IMG/VR virus record: IMGVR_UViG_3300033442_000004
Location: 56,773 to 120,772 of that record
Strand: one strand, 5' to 3'
DNA from: a virus
Length of the DNA: 64,000 bases
Positions 8,590 to 17,897 of this stretch are shown piece by piece. The notes under the pieces are model-generated. The model ran no database searches. It saw only the letters and a program-made list of their open reading frames with translations, and was not told where the DNA came from. Both the position numbers and the translations under genes were made by a program. The stretch's first letter is position 1. The number at the start of each line of letters is the position of its first letter.

Positions 8590-9871
8590 GACCGACTGCT
8601 CGGCCCGGCCTGCGGCGGGGGGTTCTCCTCCTTTACCCCGCCGCGCCCGATGACAAATCAGCTCAGCTGCAAAACATCGGGCACTTTCTCTTTACGTTCT
8701 CTTGCGGAAAAAAGTTGCCCGTTTTTGGAAACACTTTTCCGGACATGAGACGTTCCACGAACAGGTGGCGTACCGCACCGGCAACGGTGTCGGCTCTAAC
8801 GGGTAAGCCAGTAGCCCCGTAGTCCTCGTAATTCTTCAAAGCGGCCTCTGAGGAGGAACGGCTGATCCCCGTCAACGCGATGCAGTTGAGGCATAGGCTC
8901 GTCGACTTCTGGATTGGACGCGCCCCACCTGTTTGGCTCGTGATGGCACGCGGCGGCGTTATAGCGCACAGCCTATCGGCGAAGAGGTCCATGGTAAGTC
9001 GCCGACGACCGTTTGAGATCAGCGTGATGCAGATCGAGGTCGAAAGGATCCGAGTCGTCGTCCTGCGGGATGGCGACGGTCACGAGCCAACTATTATACC
9101 CCCAAGAGCGGTGACGCGACATGCGTCCAGCGCAGGAACTGCGCGATGGCGATGGTGCCCGACGAGCCCTGTAATCCGACACGAGGTGCGCCGCTCTTGT
9201 TTATCTTTCCCCCACGGTGGGCTCACCAGTTCTGCTCGCAGTAGTCTGGACCCCGTAAGCCGAACTGCAGGCCGTGGATAGGTCGATCGCGCGATCGGCC
9301 TTTTGGTTGCTGGTAACCTCCAACCCCGCAAGGGGCGGTGGCCCGAAGTGCGGGTCGAACAAAGCCAGAGCTTTTCCTCGGTGCCAGCCGATCGTCACCT
9401 GATGACATAGGGGTGGCTGGTTAAATGGGGCCATGTGCCAAGCCGAGCGCTCGCTGTTGCGAGCACAGCCCGCCACCGTCTGTTGTGGCGGGCACCAATG
9501 GAGCCCCAGGATCGTTGCTCACGACAAGCGCCCGCACTGACCATGCGCGCGTGTGACGCTCCCCTGGGCCACCCGGATCACAGATGGTCTCGTGATCTCG
9601 CGGGAGGGTGGGCGCTGTCGAGGAGCAGCAGGCAAGGCCTGGCGAAGGCCATCCTCTTCAATTCGGTCGAGGGCGGAACGGCCTCCCGCCACGCCGCTGA
9701 TCCTGAGAAGCACGTAGGGAAGGCGGCAAAGTACGAGCAATCGGAAGAGATGCGGGCACATGGGCAACCCGCCGACCGAACCAAAAGCCGCAAGGCGCAC
9801 GCCATCCCCAAGATAGGCGTCCCGACGACTGGGCAATCCGTCGCGTGAAGAAATCGGGTAGGGGCTCCATT
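8590..9871 (+). ncRNA. Array of putative structured non-coding RNA domains
   Basis: No convincing ORF. Successive domains closed by 6-11 bp terminal stems (8760/8933, 8933/9090, 9103/9199, 9212/9277, 9497/9871), with GNRA hairpins and short pyrimidine/A-rich linkers. Confidence 0.6.
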
Positions 9872-9875
9872 CTGC

Positions 9876-9948
9876 ATCGGTGAGCCAGTGGTGGTGGCAC
9901 GGTCTCCAAAACCGAAGTCCGCTGGTTCGACTCCAGCCACCGATGCCA
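9876..9948 (+). tRNA. tRNA-Trp(CCA), atypical
   Basis: Acceptor ATCGGTG/CACCGAT + G + CCA; D arm GCCA/TGGC; anticodon loop CTCCAAA; T arm GCTGG-TTCGACT-CCAGC. Confidence 0.75.
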
Positions 9949-9964
9949 ACCACTTTTAGAAGCT

Positions 9965-10393
9965 ATGTCGCAGAAGAAGGCCGATCAGCTCGGCATGCCG
10001 ATCGGTACGGCGTCCAATCGACTGGTCAAAGACATCCTATTCTCATTGATCATTGAGACCGGGAAGAACTGCTGCTTTCACTGCTCGATGCCAATGACGC
10101 GGGAAGACTTCTCGATCGAGCACAAGACGCCATGGCTCGATAGCGAAGACCCGAAGCAGATGTTCTTCGACCTGAACAACATCAGCTTCAGCCATCACAG
10201 CTGCAACGTCTCATTGGCGCGGAAGAAACGGTCGCCATGCGGCTCGCTCGCGAAATATCGGAACGGCTGCCGCTGCGACGAGTGCAAGGCCGCATCTGCG
10301 GAATACGAGCGAAGCCGAAACCAGAATTACAAGCGCCGCGGCAAACCGTGGCGTCCCAACGCACGCCCGGAGTTCGTGGCCGAAGAGGCCTGA
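9965..10393 (+). CDS. HNH-like endonuclease
   Basis: CFHC...SIEHKTPW...NISFSHHSCN; C-terminal GCRCDEC. Confidence 0.75.
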   Translation: MSQKKADQLGMPIGTASNRLVKDILFSLIIETGKNCCFHCSMPMTREDFSIEHKTPWLDSEDPKQMFFDLNNISFSHHSCNVSLARKKRSPCGSLAKYRNGCRCDECKAASAEYERSRNQNYKRRGKPWRPNARPEFVAEEA

Positions 10394-10425
10394 GCCACCG
10401 GTGCCAACAACAAAAAGAAGAAACG

Positions 10426-12483
10426 ATGAGCACGTCGCGCTATCGCGTTATTTCCCTCAGCGGGATCACCATCGGCACGGATTTCTACGATGTGAACTCG
10501 ATCGTCACCCTCACGCCCGGGGGCGCGAAGTACTTCCTACTGAACAAGCAGATCGCGCTGGCCGATGGTCAGCCGCCGGTCGGCGTTCCGGGCGGTCCGA
10601 GCGAAGACGACGTCAAGATCGAGATCTACATCAACAACATCGGCAAGACGGTTTCGCTCACCCAGCTGCGGGACATGTTCCCGAGCTTCAAGGGTGATCC
10701 CGGCGAGCAGGGCCTTCGTGGACCCGCTGGAGCGCAAGGCGCGCGAGGACCGCAGGGCGACGTCGGCCGCGGCATCCGGCTCGCCGGCATCGTCGCTACC
10801 GTGTTCGATCTTCCGCCGGCCGCCGCCGAAGGCAATGACGTCTATCTTGCCCAGGACACCGGACACGGCTGGGCCTGGACGAATGGCGCCTGGATTGACA
10901 TCGGCCCGTTCCGAGGTCCGGAAGGCAAGACTGGTCCGGCAGGCCCGAAGGGTGAGGCTGGTCCGCAGGGGCCAGCAGGCGAGCAAGGGCCTCCGGGCGA
11001 CCCTGGCGATCCATCGCTGGCTCAGCTGACCGCAGCCAACGCGGCAAGCTCGACGGCCTCCGCGGCCACGGCCTCGGACGCAGCGGACAGGGCGCTGGCC
11101 TCGGAGAATGCGGCTGCAGCTCACAAACAGGACGCCAGCGACAGCGCCACAGCGGCAGCTGCCAGCGAAGCGTCTGCGCTCACGAGCAAGATAGCGGCAG
11201 AGCAGGCGGCATCGACCGCCACCACCGTGGTGGCCAGCGCATCGGATTCTGCTGCTGCGGCGGCGACGTCCAAGACGAACGCGGCGACCAGCGAGAGCAA
11301 TGCGGCTGCCAGCGCGACTACCGCGACCAATAAAGCGGCTGCCGCTGCAACAAGCGAGCAGTCGGCTGCGACTCATGCCACCGCTGCCGGCACGTCTGAG
11401 ACCAATGCGGCCAACAACGCGACCGCCGCATCCAATTCGGCTACGGCTGCAGCGTTGTCGGAAAGCAATGCCGCGACGAGCAAGTCGGCAGCGGCTACGT
11501 CCGCTTCGAATGCATCAACCTATGCAGACAATGCGCAGGCAAGCTACACGAATGCGCTGAACGCCTACAACAACCTCAGGGGCACGTATTACGGCGCTCA
11601 GGCGACCGATCCTGCGACCGATCCTCTTGGCGCGGCCAAGGGTTCTGGTGACTTCTACTTCAACACCACGTCGCTGACCATGCGGTACTGGAACGGTACC
11701 GTGTGGGTCGACTTTCTGTTGCCTGGTGCTATCGGACAATGCAAGCTGACCATGGTCAGCTCGACATCGCTCAAGCTGATCCCGTTCAACGGCAACCTGA
11801 TCAAGATCAATGGTCAGCTGTACCAGATCCCTGCGGCCGGCATCACGCTGACCAACTCGGGATTTGCGGCTAACACGCTGTACTACATCTACATCAAGAT
11901 CGTTGGCAGCACCCTGACGCTGCAGCAGAGCCTGACGGGGCACATCACCAGCTCTTCCGCCGGCAGTGTCGGCGTCGAGGTGATGAATACCGCTGGCGGC
12001 GAAGTGTACACGCTCGTCGGCATGGTTTTTACTGGCGCATCGAGCCAGTTCTTCGACCAGCCCGACACGCGCTGGGTCCGGTCCTGGTTCAATGAGACGG
12101 GCGTTATCTTGGCGAGGTACTCGTCGACCACGGTGGCGACGACATCAGGCACGCCGATCGAGCTGGATTCGGCAGTCCGATGCTTTGCGTTGCTGTGGGC
12201 GAATGAGCAGTTCCATCAGACGATCTCGTGTTCGTGTTTCAATAACACGCTCGGGTCGCTGACGTATCTGATCGCTGGCTGGGGCAACAGCTTCGGCACC
12301 TACTATGGACTGCAGCAGTACATGCATCAGGACACGGTCTCATACGCGCGCTCGATGAGCAATTCCTGGACGCTCCAGAACGCTACCGATCAGGCAGTGA
12401 TCATCTCGATGTGGGGTCAGGTTGGGTCCGGGACGGGCTCCTATGCCTACAAATCTAACTCCATCATGACGGTGCGCCGATGA
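10426..12483 (+). CDS. Collagen-repeat, Ala/Ser-rich fibre protein (side or head fibre-like)
   Basis: GXY repeats, long AASA-type coil, [24 protein letters not shown] motif, divergent C-terminal domain. Confidence 0.8.
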   Translation: MSTSRYRVISLSGITIGTDFYDVNSIVTLTPGGAKYFLLNKQIALADGQPPVGVPGGPSEDDVKIEIYINNIGKTVSLTQLRDMFPSFKGDPGEQGLRGPAGAQGARGPQGDVGRGIRLAGIVATVFDLPPAAAEGNDVYLAQDTGHGWAWTNGAWIDIGPFRGPEGKTGPAGPKGEAGPQGPAGEQGPPGDPGDPSLAQLTAANAASSTASAATASDAADRALASENAAAAHKQDASDSATAAAASEASALTSKIAAEQAASTATTVVASASDSAAAAATSKTNAATSESNAAASATTATNKAAAAATSEQSAATHATAAGTSETNAANNATAASNSATAAALSESNAATSKSAAATSASNASTYADNAQASYTNALNAYNNLRGTYYGAQATDPATDPLGAAKGSGDFYFNTTSLTMRYWNGTVWVDFLLPGAIGQCKLTMVSSTSLKLIPFNGNLIKINGQLYQIPAAGITLTNSGFAANTLYYIYIKIVGSTLTLQQSLTGHITSSSAGSVGVEVMNTAGGEVYTLVGMVFTGASSQFFDQPDTRWVRSWFNETGVILARYSSTTVATTSGTPIELDSAVRCFALLWANEQFHQTISCSCFNNTLGSLTYLIAGWGNSFGTYYGLQQYMHQDTVSYARSMSNSWTLQNATDQAVIISMWGQVGSGTGSYAYKSNSIMTVRR

Positions 12484-12860
12484 CGTCTCTTGCAGCAGCT
12501 TTGTCTGAGCTTCGCCCCGGAGCCCAATGGGTACTCCGCGGCGATACCCTCGCCGAACTCGAATGGCTCGATACAGAGCAGGCCGTGCCGACGCAGGCGG
12601 AGGTGGATGCCTACCTTGCGACGCCAGTCGTGCCGCAGTTGGTGACGCCTCGGCAGATCCGGCTGGCGCTCTACCAGATCGGCTTGCGCCAGCAAGTCGA
12701 AGACTACGTCAACAGTCAGGACATCACCGTCCAGGATAGCTGGAACTATGCCACCCAGATCGAGCGGACCAATCCGCTCATCCTGGCCTGCAAGTTCGCT
12801 CTCGGAAAAACCGATGAGGAGTTGGACCAGCTCTTCATCCTGGCCGCGTCCATCGTCTGA
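12480..12860 (+). CDS. Fibre assembly chaperone-like protein
   Basis: VTPRQIRLAL...LDQLFILAA; paralog of the C-terminus of 33032-33607. Confidence 0.7.
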   Translation: MTSLAAALSELRPGAQWVLRGDTLAELEWLDTEQAVPTQAEVDAYLATPVVPQLVTPRQIRLALYQIGLRQQVEDYVNSQDITVQDSWNYATQIERTNPLILACKFALGKTDEELDQLFILAASIV

Positions 12861-12882
12861 GACCGCACAACGCACACCAACC

Positions 12883-12907
12883 AGGCCGTCCTTCGGGGCG
12901 GCCTTTT
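12883..12907 (+). terminator. Rho-independent terminator
   Basis: AGGCCGTCC-TTCG-GGGCGGCCT-TTT; same hairpin at 40513. Confidence 0.8.
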
Positions 12908-12924
12908 CCGTTTCAAGGACCGCA

Positions 12925-13341
12925 ATGCTGTTCTCAATCATCATGGGCATCTTGCCCAAGTTCGGGACCTCGTTCCTCGACTGGCTGAACAAGAAGACCG
13001 ACGCAGACCTTGAGAAATTCAAGACCGCGGTCGGCGGCGACGTCCAGCTGAATGTCGCCGAGCTGCGCTACAAGGTCGAGGTCGCCCGCATGGCGGCCGA
13101 CATGCGCAAGGACGATCGGGAGCACTGGTTCACCGCCTGGATGGTGCCGGTCGCCTTCGCCGTCCTGTTCTTTCACGTTGCGGCAGTCGTCTTCGACTCG
13201 ATCCCGCTGCTCGGCCATGAGGTCGGCAGCTGGAAGATTGCCGCGCTCCCCGCGCCCTACAACACCATGCAGGAACAAATCGTCCTGACGATCTGCGGTG
13301 TGGCGGGCATCTCCTCACTCAAGAAGATCTTCTCCCGATGA
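12925..13341 (+). CDS. Holin-like membrane protein
   Basis: Two to three hydrophobic segments, basic C-terminus. Confidence 0.5.
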   Translation: MLFSIIMGILPKFGTSFLDWLNKKTDADLEKFKTAVGGDVQLNVAELRYKVEVARMAADMRKDDREHWFTAWMVPVAFAVLFFHVAAVVFDSIPLLGHEVGSWKIAALPAPYNTMQEQIVLTICGVAGISSLKKIFSR

Positions 13342-13667
13342 AATCCGTTACCGACAGCTCGTTCCCCGCCGACGTTCTCCAAGCCGAGGGGCCGGTAGTC
13401 ATCAAGTTCGAGGCACGCTGGTGCCAGCCGTGCAAGGCGATGACGCCGACGCTGGACGCGATCGAGAAGGAGCTGGCCGGCAAGGTCACCTTCGTCAAGG
13501 CCGATGTCGAGCACTGCGTGGCCGCCACCCAGCGCTTCAAGGTCGGCCAGGTGCCGGCGCTCGTCGCCGTCGAGGACGGCATCGTCACATCAATGAAGAC
13601 GGGAGCTGCGCCGAAGCAGGAGATCCTGAAGTGGGTCGACCTGGCTTTCCCCGGCCTGCGAGACTGA
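13338..13667 (+). CDS. Thioredoxin
   Basis: WCQPC active site, 109 aa. Confidence 0.9.
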   Translation: MKSVTDSSFPADVLQAEGPVVIKFEARWCQPCKAMTPTLDAIEKELAGKVTFVKADVEHCVAATQRFKVGQVPALVAVEDGIVTSMKTGAAPKQEILKWVDLAFPGLRD

Positions 13668-13879
13668 TGGGCTACCGGTTCGATCTGCAGAACCGCGTCG
13701 CTGTCCACGACCACGGCTTCGTCGTCCCGATCACCGACTTCTACGACAAGTTCGGCGACTACACAGAGGACCCGGAGGAGGCTGTCGTGATCGGTTTGGT
13801 CATGCCACCGGATGGCCTGTACGTCACTCTCGATCTGCGTGACATGGACGAAGACGACATCGTCACGACGCCCCAATAA
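13667..13879 (+). CDS. Small acidic hypothetical protein
   Basis: TGATG-coupled ORF MGYRFDLQ... Confidence 0.6.
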   Translation: MGYRFDLQNRVAVHDHGFVVPITDFYDKFGDYTEDPEEAVVIGLVMPPDGLYVTLDLRDMDEDDIVTTPQ

Positions 13880-13894
13880 CAAGAAGAAAAGCAC

Positions 13895-14437
13895 ATGACT
13901 GACACGCCGCGTCGTCGGGGTCGCCCGACGAAGGAGGAAGCTGCTGCGCGCAAGGCCGCTGCAGAGGCTGCCGCCAAGAAGGAAGGCGAGGAGACTGCCT
14001 TCCTCGACGAGGTGCTTGCCGAGCCGATCAAGCGCCGCAACACCAAGCTCCAGCCGGACGAAGTGACGCTCCGAACGCTCGGCGAGCTGGGCAAGCTGTT
14101 CTGCACCCAGGAAGAAGCCGCCGCCGTGTTGGGCGTCTGCAAGAAGACCTTCTCGACCTTCCTCGGCGAATATCCCGAAGCTCGTGAGGTTTGGGACGAC
14201 GGCCTGATGCACGCGAAGGTCTCGCTCCGCCGCAAGCAGTTGGCACTCGCCGACAAGAACGCGCCCGCCGCGATCTTCCTGGGCAAGAACTACCTCGGCC
14301 AGAAGGACGAGAACACCACCAACCTCAACGTCACCAAGCCGGCCAACGAGATGACCGAGGACCAGCTCCTCGAGATCGCGGGCCAGGCCGCATCACCGCG
14401 GCAGCCGCCGGCAAAGAAGTCAGACACCGTTCACTGA
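13895..14437 (+). CDS. Terminase small subunit (probable)
   Basis: GRPT, HTH (TQEEAAAVLGV) and SLRRKQ...AAIFLGKNYLGQKD motifs. Confidence 0.75.
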   Translation: MTDTPRRRGRPTKEEAAARKAAAEAAAKKEGEETAFLDEVLAEPIKRRNTKLQPDEVTLRTLGELGKLFCTQEEAAAVLGVCKKTFSTFLGEYPEAREVWDDGLMHAKVSLRRKQLALADKNAPAAIFLGKNYLGQKDENTTNLNVTKPANEMTEDQLLEIAGQAASPRQPPAKKSDTVH

Positions 14438-14443
14438 GGCAAC

Positions 14444-15001
14444 ATGAGCTTCGTCATCAATCTCATCGGCGGCCCCGGAGCCGGCAAGAGCACCACCGCT
14501 GCAGGTGTGTTCTTCCTCCTGAAGCTCCTCAACGTCCGCTGCGAGCTGGTGACGGAGTTCGCCAAGGAGCTGACCTACGACGAGAACTGGAGCGATCTGA
14601 AGCGCCAGCTCTACGTCACGGCTGAGCAGGAGCGCCGGCAGCGGCGCCTCGTCGGCAAGGTCGACTTCATCGTGACCGACTCTCCGCTGCTGCTCGGTGT
14701 CGCCTATGTTTCCGATGAGCGCGAGCGCCACGCAGTGGAGCAGTCAGCTCGCAGCCTGTTCAACAGCTACAACAACCTCAACTTCATCATCGAGCGCGTG
14801 AAGCCGTACCAGCCGTACGGTCGCAAGCAGACCGAGGAGGAGGCGAGGGCGATCGACCAGCGCCTGTTCGACGACGTGTTCGCCCGCGAGTCCCTGATCC
14901 CCATCCGGGGCGATGAGACCGCCGCCAAGACCGTCCTTCAGGTGCTCTCGAACATGGGGCTGCTACCGGAGCTGTACGACACCTACGGCACCCCGAACTA
15001 G
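14444..15001 (+). CDS. NadR/AAA_28-like P-loop NTPase
   Basis: GGPGAGKST, EFAKEL, VTDSPL. Confidence 0.8.
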   Translation: MSFVINLIGGPGAGKSTTAAGVFFLLKLLNVRCELVTEFAKELTYDENWSDLKRQLYVTAEQERRQRRLVGKVDFIVTDSPLLLGVAYVSDERERHAVEQSARSLFNSYNNLNFIIERVKPYQPYGRKQTEEEARAIDQRLFDDVFARESLIPIRGDETAAKTVLQVLSNMGLLPELYDTYGTPN

Positions 15002-15182
15002 CGAGTGACCGATGGCTGTCGACAGGCGCGGCGCCATGGGCGTCTCCGAAAGCATCCGCCAGCAACGGCGTGAACTTTTGGAGATGAGCCAGCAGCAGGC
15101 GCGAAACTTCTCCGAAGTGAAGCGAGAGATCCAGCCGGACCCTCCGCCGATCCAAATCCAAACTCCCAAAGAGGAACTCAAG

Positions 15183-15860
15183 ATGGGACTTCCCCACCTG
15201 GTAATCGTCGGCGCCGATAAAGGCGGTGTCGGCAAGACCGTCGTGGCACGAACCGTGCTCGACTACTTCAAGGCTCAGGGCGTCGAAGCCCGAGCGATCG
15301 ACACGCAGATGCCCGAGGGCAATCTCAAGCGCTTCCATCCCGACGTGACGGAAGTGATCGACCTGTCCAGCTCGGACGGCCAGATCAAGGTGTTCGACGC
15401 GCTGCCCAGCAGCCCGGTCACCGTGATCGACATCCAGGCCGGCTTGCTGACCCCCACGCTGACCCTGCTCAGCGAGATCGGTCTGCTCGCCATGGTCGAA
15501 GACGGCAAGATGAACGTGACCGTCATGCACGTCGTCGGCAGCACCGTCCAGTCGCTGAGCGAGATCGAAGGCGCCGCCAAGATCCTCACGGGTTCCCGCC
15601 ACTTCATCGTCAAGAACCACACCAACGACGCCGCGTTCTTCGCCGGCCTCAACGTGTCAACCGACGCCCTGAAGATCGGCACCGCGCTGATCGACATCCC
15701 GAAGCTCGACGAGCGCGCCACCGAGTACGTCGAGGCAGCCGCGACGTCGTTCGCCAACTACGCCAAGACCGGCGATTCCTTCACCATGCGCGGCAAGGTC
15801 GGGTTCTGGGAGAAGGGCGTGTTCGCCCAATACGACGCAGCCAAGCTGCACATCGTCTAA
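15183..15860 (+). CDS. ParA/MinD-like ATPase
   Basis: Deviant Walker A DKGGVGKT; VIDIQAG. Confidence 0.75.
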   Translation: MGLPHLVIVGADKGGVGKTVVARTVLDYFKAQGVEARAIDTQMPEGNLKRFHPDVTEVIDLSSSDGQIKVFDALPSSPVTVIDIQAGLLTPTLTLLSEIGLLAMVEDGKMNVTVMHVVGSTVQSLSEIEGAAKILTGSRHFIVKNHTNDAAFFAGLNVSTDALKIGTALIDIPKLDERATEYVEAAATSFANYAKTGDSFTMRGKVGFWEKGVFAQYDAAKLHIV

Positions 15861-15870
15861 GGAGCAGCTC

Positions 15871-16092
15871 ATGTCTTCGATCTCGATCGTCCACCAGAAA
15901 CTGCAGGTGGAAGATGCCCGTCTCGTCACCGTGTCCGACCTCGTTCAGGACACGGACGGGAAGTGGCTCCGCATCGTCAAGTTCTACGGCGACCCGACCG
16001 TTAATGGCGCTCCGACCGCCTTCGTGGAAGTCGCCGTCCGCTCCAGCAGCAAGGCCGACCTGGAGATCCAGGCGCCGGGCTTCAAGTTCTAA
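15871..16092 (+). CDS. Hypothetical protein
   Basis: AAGGAG RBS; 73-aa ORF. Confidence 0.7.
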   Translation: MSSISIVHQKLQVEDARLVTVSDLVQDTDGKWLRIVKFYGDPTVNGAPTAFVEVAVRSSSKADLEIQAPGFKF

Positions 16093-16109
16093 TCCAGCAA
16101 ACAAGAACC

Positions 16110-16395
16110 CCGACGGGATCGCATCTGACTGCCTGTGCCGAAACTGGTCTCGGTAAGGGGTATCCGCCAAAGAACCTTCCACGAGGGCGCGGACTAAGTC
16201 GCACGTAGCAGCCTGCAAGAGCAGTCAGATCGACCGCAATACGAAGTCCTGAATCAACAGGACGATCCTCTTGGCCAGAGGGCGTGGGGTCCTCTTTTCG
16301 CGGTGACCGGTTCGCAACGGCGGCAGCGGTGGGTCTGATCAACCTTTCTGCGTCGCTCGCCAAGACGGCGGTTCGATTCCGCCGCGCCGCTCCAT
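16110..16395 (+). ncRNA. Putative structured RNA upstream of terL
   Basis: Stems ATCTGACTGC/GCAGTCAGAT (16123/16230) and TCTTGGC/GCCAAGA (16269/16365); T-loop-like hairpin CGGCGG-TTCGATT-CCGCCG. Confidence 0.5.
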
Positions 16396-16413
16396 CTCAA
16401 CAACAAGAACAAA

Positions 16414-17877
16414 ATGAACAACCTGATCGACGTCTCCCCGGAGGAGGCGGCGGCCGAACTCCTGCGTCGTCGGAGGGGCCGCGAGCACCTCATCGACTTC
16501 ACTGAGTACACGCTCCACAAATACTACGCCGACCCGTTCCACCACCTGGTTGCCCAGAAGCTGGAAGCGGTCGAGCGCGGCGAGATCAAGCGACTGATGC
16601 TGTTCGCTCCGCCGCGACACGGCAAGTCGGAGCTGTCCACCCGCCGCTTTCCCGCCTGGTACATGGCGAGGAACCCCGAGAAGAACGTCATCTCGGCATC
16701 GTACAACGGCGACTTCGCAACGACCTTCGGCCGCGACGTCCGCAACATCGTCCAGGGCAAAGAGTTCAAGACGCTCTTCCCGGACGCCAAGATCCGCTCC
16801 GACAATCGCGCTGCCGATGAATGGGAGCTGGAGAAGGGCGGCAAATACTTCGCGGTCGGCGTCGGCACCGGTACCACCGGTAAGGGTGCAAACCTGTTCC
16901 TGATCGACGATCCGATCAAGGACCGCAAGGACGCCAACTCCGCCTCATTCCGTCAGGACCAGTGGGACTGGTACCGCGACGTCGTTTACACCCGTCTCGA
17001 AGAGGACGCCGCAATCGTCCTCACGCTGACGCGGTGGCACTACGACGACATCGCCGGCCGCCTGGTCGACCTGGCGCAGTCAGGCAAGGGTTTGCCGTGG
17101 GACATCCTGTACCTGCCGGCACTGCCCTACACCAAGAAGATCAAGCGCGAGGACGGCACCGAGGATCTGATCCTCAACGACGATGGCACGGTCCCCGGCG
17201 ACGCCCTCGGACGAAAACCGAACGAGCCGTTGGCGCCGAACCGGTTCTCCTATGCGGCTCTCACCGACCGCATGGACGTTCTGGGCGAACGGTCTTTCGC
17301 TGCTCTCTACCAGCAGCAGCCGATGGCCGACGACGGCGGCATGTTCAGCGCCGCCTGGTTCGAGCAGCCCGGCGAGATGCCGGCCCGCCGCGTCCGCGTG
17401 CGCGCATGGGATTTGGCCGCGACAGCTGACGGCGACTACACGGTCGGCGTCCTGATGTCGAAGGACATGAACGGCATCTTCTACATCGAGAACGTGATCC
17501 GCTTCCGCGGCTCCGCGCTCGAAGTCGAGAAGAAGATCTTCGACACCGCGCGCAGCGACGGACACTCGGTCCAGATCGTCATCCCGCAAGACCCGGGCCA
17601 GGCCGGCAAGAGCCAGGCCCAGAATTTCATCCGCCGGCTCGCCGGCTATCGCATCAAGGCAATCCGCCCCACAGGCTCGAAGGAGACCCGCGCTGCAGCG
17701 TTCGCTGCGCAGTGCGAAGGTCGCAACGTGAAGATGGTGAAGGCGCACTGGAATGAGTGCTTCACCGATGAGTTGGAAATGTTCCCGCTTGGCACCCATG
17801 ATGACCAGGTGGACGCAGCGTCCGACGCCTTCAACGAACTCCTCGGACCTCGCAAGGCCGCGATCCTTGACTGGTAA
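16414..17877 (+). CDS. terL: Terminase large subunit
   Basis: PPRHGKS Walker A, LIDDP Walker B, WDLA and HDDQVDA nuclease motifs. Confidence 0.95.
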   Translation: MNNLIDVSPEEAAAELLRRRRGREHLIDFTEYTLHKYYADPFHHLVAQKLEAVERGEIKRLMLFAPPRHGKSELSTRRFPAWYMARNPEKNVISASYNGDFATTFGRDVRNIVQGKEFKTLFPDAKIRSDNRAADEWELEKGGKYFAVGVGTGTTGKGANLFLIDDPIKDRKDANSASFRQDQWDWYRDVVYTRLEEDAAIVLTLTRWHYDDIAGRLVDLAQSGKGLPWDILYLPALPYTKKIKREDGTEDLILNDDGTVPGDALGRKPNEPLAPNRFSYAALTDRMDVLGERSFAALYQQQPMADDGGMFSAAWFEQPGEMPARRVRVRAWDLAATADGDYTVGVLMSKDMNGIFYIENVIRFRGSALEVEKKIFDTARSDGHSVQIVIPQDPGQAGKSQAQNFIRRLAGYRIKAIRPTGSKETRAAAFAAQCEGRNVKMVKAHWNECFTDELEMFPLGTHDDQVDAASDAFNELLGPRKAAILDW

Positions 17878-17897
17878 AGTCAGGACGTCCCCAAGAA

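Noticed and set aside
9384-9420. Hammerhead ribozyme (CTGATGA core)
   Set aside because: No correctly placed GAAA or three-stem junction.
8663-9953. Short ORFs across the RNA array
   Set aside because: They overlap on both strands, lack an RBS and the phage codon bias, and have no motifs.
16110-16395. tmRNA or true tRNA
   Set aside because: A T-loop-like hairpin is present, but I found no matching acceptor 5' strand, anticodon arm or tag reading frame.
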